In this document: piece after piece, positions 60,366 to 64,000 of the stretch
Layout: the number at the start of each line of letters is the position of its first letter
Numbering within the stretch: position 1 is the first letter of the stretch
NCBI GenBank assembly: GCA_963747275.1
Contig: CAVVEI010000012.1
Coordinates: 19,066-83,065 of the forward strand
From: an uncultured Actinomycetes bacterium
GTDB taxonomy: Bacteria; Actinomycetota; Thermoleophilia; RBG-16-64-13
Reading direction: 5' to 3'
DNA: 64,000 nucleotides
Notes under the pieces: generated by a model
What the model was told of the DNA's origin: nothing
Database searches by the model: none
Seen by the model: the letters and a program-made list of their open reading frames with translations, nothing else
Made by a program: the position numbers and the translations under genes

Positions 60366-61774
60366 ATGAAGATCCGCAAGTACGACGCCGTGATCATAGG
60401 GGCCGGACAGGCCGGCGTGCCTCTGGCAAAGGAACTGGCAGAGTTCGGATGGCACACTGCGCTCGTTGAAAGCGTCCACGTGGGCGGAACGTGTGTGAAC
60501 GAGGGCTGCACCCCGAGTAAGACGCTGGTAGCCTCGGCGCGGGTCGGCTACCTCGCCCGCCGGGCCGGCGAATATGGCATCGTCACGGGCGACGTGTCTG
60601 TGGACATGGCTGCCGTATATCGCCGCAAGCAGGCCATCGTCGACAGCTGGCGTGACGGTAGCCAGAAGCAGCTGGAGTCCACCCCGAACCTGGACCTCCT
60701 CCTGGGCGAGGCGGCTTTCACGGGTCCGCATCAGCTCGGTGTGCACATGAACGACGGCGCGACGATAGACGTCGAGTCCGCCCGCATCTTCATCAACACG
60801 GGCTGCCGCCCCGCGGTGCCCGCGCTGCCTGGTCTCGCGAGCGTGCCCCATCTGGACTCCACGACTGTCATGGACCTCCAATCTGTCCCCGACCACCTGC
60901 TCATCCTCGGTGGTGGGTATGTTGCAGTGGAGTTCGCCCAGATGTTCCGGCGCTTCGGGAGCCGGGTCACCTTGATTCAGAAACCGCGATAGGCTGCTGC
61001 CCCACGAAGACGCCGATGTGGCTGAGGCCCTGGCCGGCATCCTGCGGGAGGACGGCATTGCCCTGCTACCTGTCGGCCAGCGCGCTCTCGGTCGCCCGCG
61101 GCCAAGGCAACAGCGTGGTTGCGGAAGTGAAGCAGGCCTCGGGCACGACGCGATTGGATTGTTCGCACTTGCTGATCGCCACCGGGCGAGTCCCCGACAC
61201 CGAAAGGCTCGACCTTGCCGCGGCGGGGCTCGACGTCGACGAGGGAGGCTTCATACCGGTGAACGATCGGCTGGAGACCGCGGCAGAGGGCGTGTACGCG
61301 TTGGGGGACGTCAAGGGCGGACCGGCCTTCACACACATCTCTTACGACGACTTCCGCATCGTGCGAGACAACCTCCTTCGAGGCGGATCAAGGAGCACCC
61401 GCGACCGCCTGGTGCCATACACGGTCTTCACCGACCCGGAACTAGGGAGGGTCGGCCTCTCCGAGCGAGAGGCAGTGGAGCAAGGTGTCAAGGCTCTTGT
61501 CTACAGCATGCCCATGGGGTACGTAGGCAGAGCTCTCGAGACCGGCGAAGCGCGCGGTCTGCTCAAGGTGATCGTCGATGCCGACGAAGACCGTATACTC
61601 GGTTGCGCGGTACTGGGCATCGCCGGAGGCGAGGTCATGTCGGTGCTGCAGATGGCCATGATGGGCGGGGTGACGGCCTCTCAGCTTCACGATGCCGTGT
61701 TCGCTCACCCTGTCGTCGCTGAAGCGCTCAACAACCTGCTGATGCCTGGACGGGGCCGGCCGCCAGTCGGGTAG
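60366..61774 (+). pseudogene. class-I FAD-dependent pyridine nucleotide-disulfide oxidoreductase (mercuric-reductase/RclA-like), two frameshifts as assembled
   Basis: YDAVIIGAGQAG, redox disulfide GGTCVNEGCTPSK, ILGGGYVAVEFAQMF, breaks near 60985 and 61065, YALGDVKGGPAFTH, dimerisation domain FTDPELGRVGLSE..HAHP-like FAHPVVAE. Confidence 0.8.
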
Positions 61775-61836
61775 CTTCAACCTGCGTACCCGCGGATCTA
61801 GTGACCAACGGGACAACCCTTCGAGAAGGAGCTCCA

Positions 61837-62808
61837 ATGAGAAGAGCACTGATACTCATCGTCTGCATCGGCGCCGCCGTCCTGGCCGTGGCTCTGTCCG
61901 GTTGCGGCGACGAACCGTCAACGGGAACGACTCCCACAGTAGCGTCTGTGCAGGGTCCGGTCGTGCGCGTCGGCTCCCTCCTCGATTCCGAAGGCACGCT
62001 CCTCGGCTCGATGGTGATCCAGATGCTCGAGGCCAACGGCATCAGGACGCAGGACAAGACCAAGCTCGGCACTCCAGAAGTCGTGCGGGCAGCGTTGCTG
62101 GCCGGTGAGATCGACGCGACCATCGACTATACGGGCTCGGGACAGTACTACCACGCGGGCGAGGAGGGGGACCCCAAGTGGAAGAACGCGACGCAGGCCT
62201 ACGAAGCCACGAAGCAGCTCGACAAGGAGGCCAACGATCTTGTGTGGCTCGTTCCCGCGCCGGCCAACAACAGCGAGTTCATAGCCACTACCGAGAGCTT
62301 GGCCGAGGCTGAGGGCATAGCCACTATGTCTGACTTCGCCGACTATGTGAACCGGGGCGCCGCCGTCAAGCTCATCGCCGCTCAGAGCTGGATCGATAAC
62401 CCGCTGGGCCTCAAGGGCTACGAGACGGCCTATGGATTCACTCTGAAGAACGACCAGCTCGTCTCCCTCTCCACCGGCAACACGGCCGAGATGCTTCTGG
62501 CGCTCGCCAAAGGTACCGACGGTGTCAACTTTTCGCTGGCGTACGGCACTGACGGGCAGCTCAACGAACTCGACCTGTTGATCATCACCGATACCAAGGG
62601 CATCCCCCCGGTCTATGAGCCTGCGCCCGTCTTCAGAGGGCAAGTCATTGCCGCATACCCCCAGATCGCGGCGATACTATCGCCGGTGTTCCTAAGCCTC
62701 GACCAGGCCAAGCTACAGGGGCTGAACGCCCGCATCGCCTTCGGCGGCGAGGATCCCCGGGCCGTGGCCACCTCGTACTTGGAGGCAAATGGGTTCCTCC
62801 CCAAGTAG
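61837..62808 (+). CDS. glycine-betaine/choline-type ABC transporter substrate-binding lipoprotein (OpuBC/OsmF-like)
   Basis: ATG 61837 after AAGGAG. Signal MRRALILIVCIGAAVLAVALSGCG. VRVGSLLDSEGTLLGSMVIQMLEANG, IDATIDYTGSG, and the C-terminus ..ATSYLEANGFLPK. Confidence 0.8.
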   Translation: MRRALILIVCIGAAVLAVALSGCGDEPSTGTTPTVASVQGPVVRVGSLLDSEGTLLGSMVIQMLEANGIRTQDKTKLGTPEVVRAALLAGEIDATIDYTGSGQYYHAGEEGDPKWKNATQAYEATKQLDKEANDLVWLVPAPANNSEFIATTESLAEAEGIATMSDFADYVNRGAAVKLIAAQSWIDNPLGLKGYETAYGFTLKNDQLVSLSTGNTAEMLLALAKGTDGVNFSLAYGTDGQLNELDLLIITDTKGIPPVYEPAPVFRGQVIAAYPQIAAILSPVFLSLDQAKLQGLNARIAFGGEDPRAVATSYLEANGFLPK

Positions 62809-62829
62809 CTCGCGCACCACTTCGCGGCC

Positions 62830-64000
62830 CAACGGCCGGTAGTCTTTGGGCGGATCGGGCCCCCTCGCTGGCGGTCGGCCTGGCCGGCAGCCTGATCGGC
62901 ACGGCTACTCTGTTGGCGGGTCCCTTCGTGTGGTTCCGGCCCAACCGCATCTTGGAGGGCGAAGTCGGAGGAGGCAGTCGTTGCTCTGGGGACGCTCGGA
63001 TGGGTGGTGTTCACCCTCTGGCTGCTCGCAGGGCTGGCCCTCTTCGTTTCGAGCCGGAGTAGAGCTCGGGGACCGTCCGCTGCGGCCCGTGTGGTATTGG
63101 TCACCGCGGCCCTGCTGTTGATCCTCGCTCAGACCAGCCGAGCCGGCGCCGCTTTCGCGCTCAGCGAGGGGCAGGCGGCCCGCACTTCCTTCGGATGGGC
63201 CTTCTACGTCTTCCTATTCGCCGTCTACTTGGTACTCCACGCGGCCACGAGCGACATCCGCAGTCACCCGGCGCGGCTGGCTCTCGATAGCCCTCCCCCT
63301 CGCCGGCGTGGTGCTCCTCGCTGCCTTGGGAGGAATGAGCGACTTGGGCATCGTCCGCGAGTGGGCCCTCACTCGGTCCACCTTCACTCGGGAGTTGGTG
63401 CGCCATCTCTTCTACGCTTCGGGGGCCACCATCGGTGCAATAGTCATCGGGGTGCCGTTGGGCATCTTGTCCGCACGCCATACTCGGGTGCGTTCGGTCG
63501 TCATGGGTGCGCTCAATCTGGGGCAGGTACTGCCCGTGCTGGCTTTCATCGGCATCATGATGCCCATAATCGGGGCCATCACCTCCCGTTGGACCGGACT
63601 CAGGTCGCTTGGTATCGCCGGCATCGGCTGGGCGCCGGTGATGGTGGTGCTGCTCGTCTATGCGATCTTCCCAGTCACCCGCAATACTCTCGTGGCCATC
63701 CGCCAACTCGATCCGGCTCTTCTCGACGCCGCGAGAGGCATGGGCATGGGACGCAGCCGGTCGCTCATAGAGGTGGAGTTGCCGCTGGCCTTTCCGGTGG
63801 TGCTGGCCGGCATTCGGATCGCCCTGGTGCAGAGCACGGGAGGAGCGATCATCGCAGCCTTCGTCGGTGGTGGCGGTCTTGGCACCTTTCTGTTCCTCGG
63901 CCTGGAGCAGACCAGCATGGACCTGGTATTGGTGGGCGTCTTACCCATCGCGGCTATGGCCCTGCTCTTCGACGCCCTGCTGAGAGTCGTGGAGCGAGTC
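62830..64000 (+). pseudogene. ABC transporter permease (OpuBB/ProW-like), start unresolved, N-terminal part frameshifted, continues past window end
   Basis: From about 63290 an open frame reads ..GATIGAIVIGVPLGILSARH..LPVLAFIGIMMP..GWAPVMVVLLVYAIFPVTRNTLVAIRQLDPALLDAARGMGMGRSRSLIEVELPLAFPVVLAGIRIALVQSTGGAII (EAA-type loop). Upstream TM segments (LAVGLAGSLIGTATLLAGPFVWF..) sit in other frames. Confidence 0.75.

Overview
Visibly GC-rich chromosomal segment from an anaerobic bacterium. The dgt-dnaG-sigma70 order, Rex, RNase J, GatCAB and PPDK suggest a high-GC Gram-positive/Actinomycetota-like lineage, but taxonomy cannot be tested here.

(1) 0-22.3 kb is a hydrogen-metabolism island. It holds a Rex repressor fused to a DRTGG domain and a conserved but uncharacterised regulatory module (HATPase/ferredoxin/H-domain-like protein, DRTGG, PHP, HATPase). 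Next comes a HydABC-type [FeFe]-hydrogenase operon whose NuoF-like subunit is fused to a GltD/NfnB-like module. A sensory-hydrogenase::histidine-kinase fusion follows, flanked by a stand-alone receiver and a hybrid kinase. After an ABC exporter and a Phd/VapC pair there is a second operon: receiver, NuoE/F fusion, HydA.

(2) 22.3-42 kb is envelope/accessory. It includes membrane proteins, an LCP protein, pirin, RmuC, an ECF sigma with DUF5667 proteins, a DUF134-NifX-like protein, an RRM protein, RNase J and MntP. It also contains a ~4.2 kb tRNA-Val-associated islet bounded by a 14-nt direct repeat.

(3) 42-64 kb is largely housekeeping. It holds a TusA-DsrE-IscS-like-IscU-like cluster, copA, sigA, gatCAB, csp, a second sigma70, dnaG, dgt, ppdK, a disulfide oxidoreductase and a betaine-type ABC transporter.

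There is one tRNA. No rRNA and no CRISPR array were seen. Many conserved, even essential, genes are broken by single-base frameshifts (mostly at short G/C runs) and four in-frame stops. I list these as 'pseudogene' as assembled, but assembly error is the leading explanation. All family calls come from reading motifs by eye; no searches were run.
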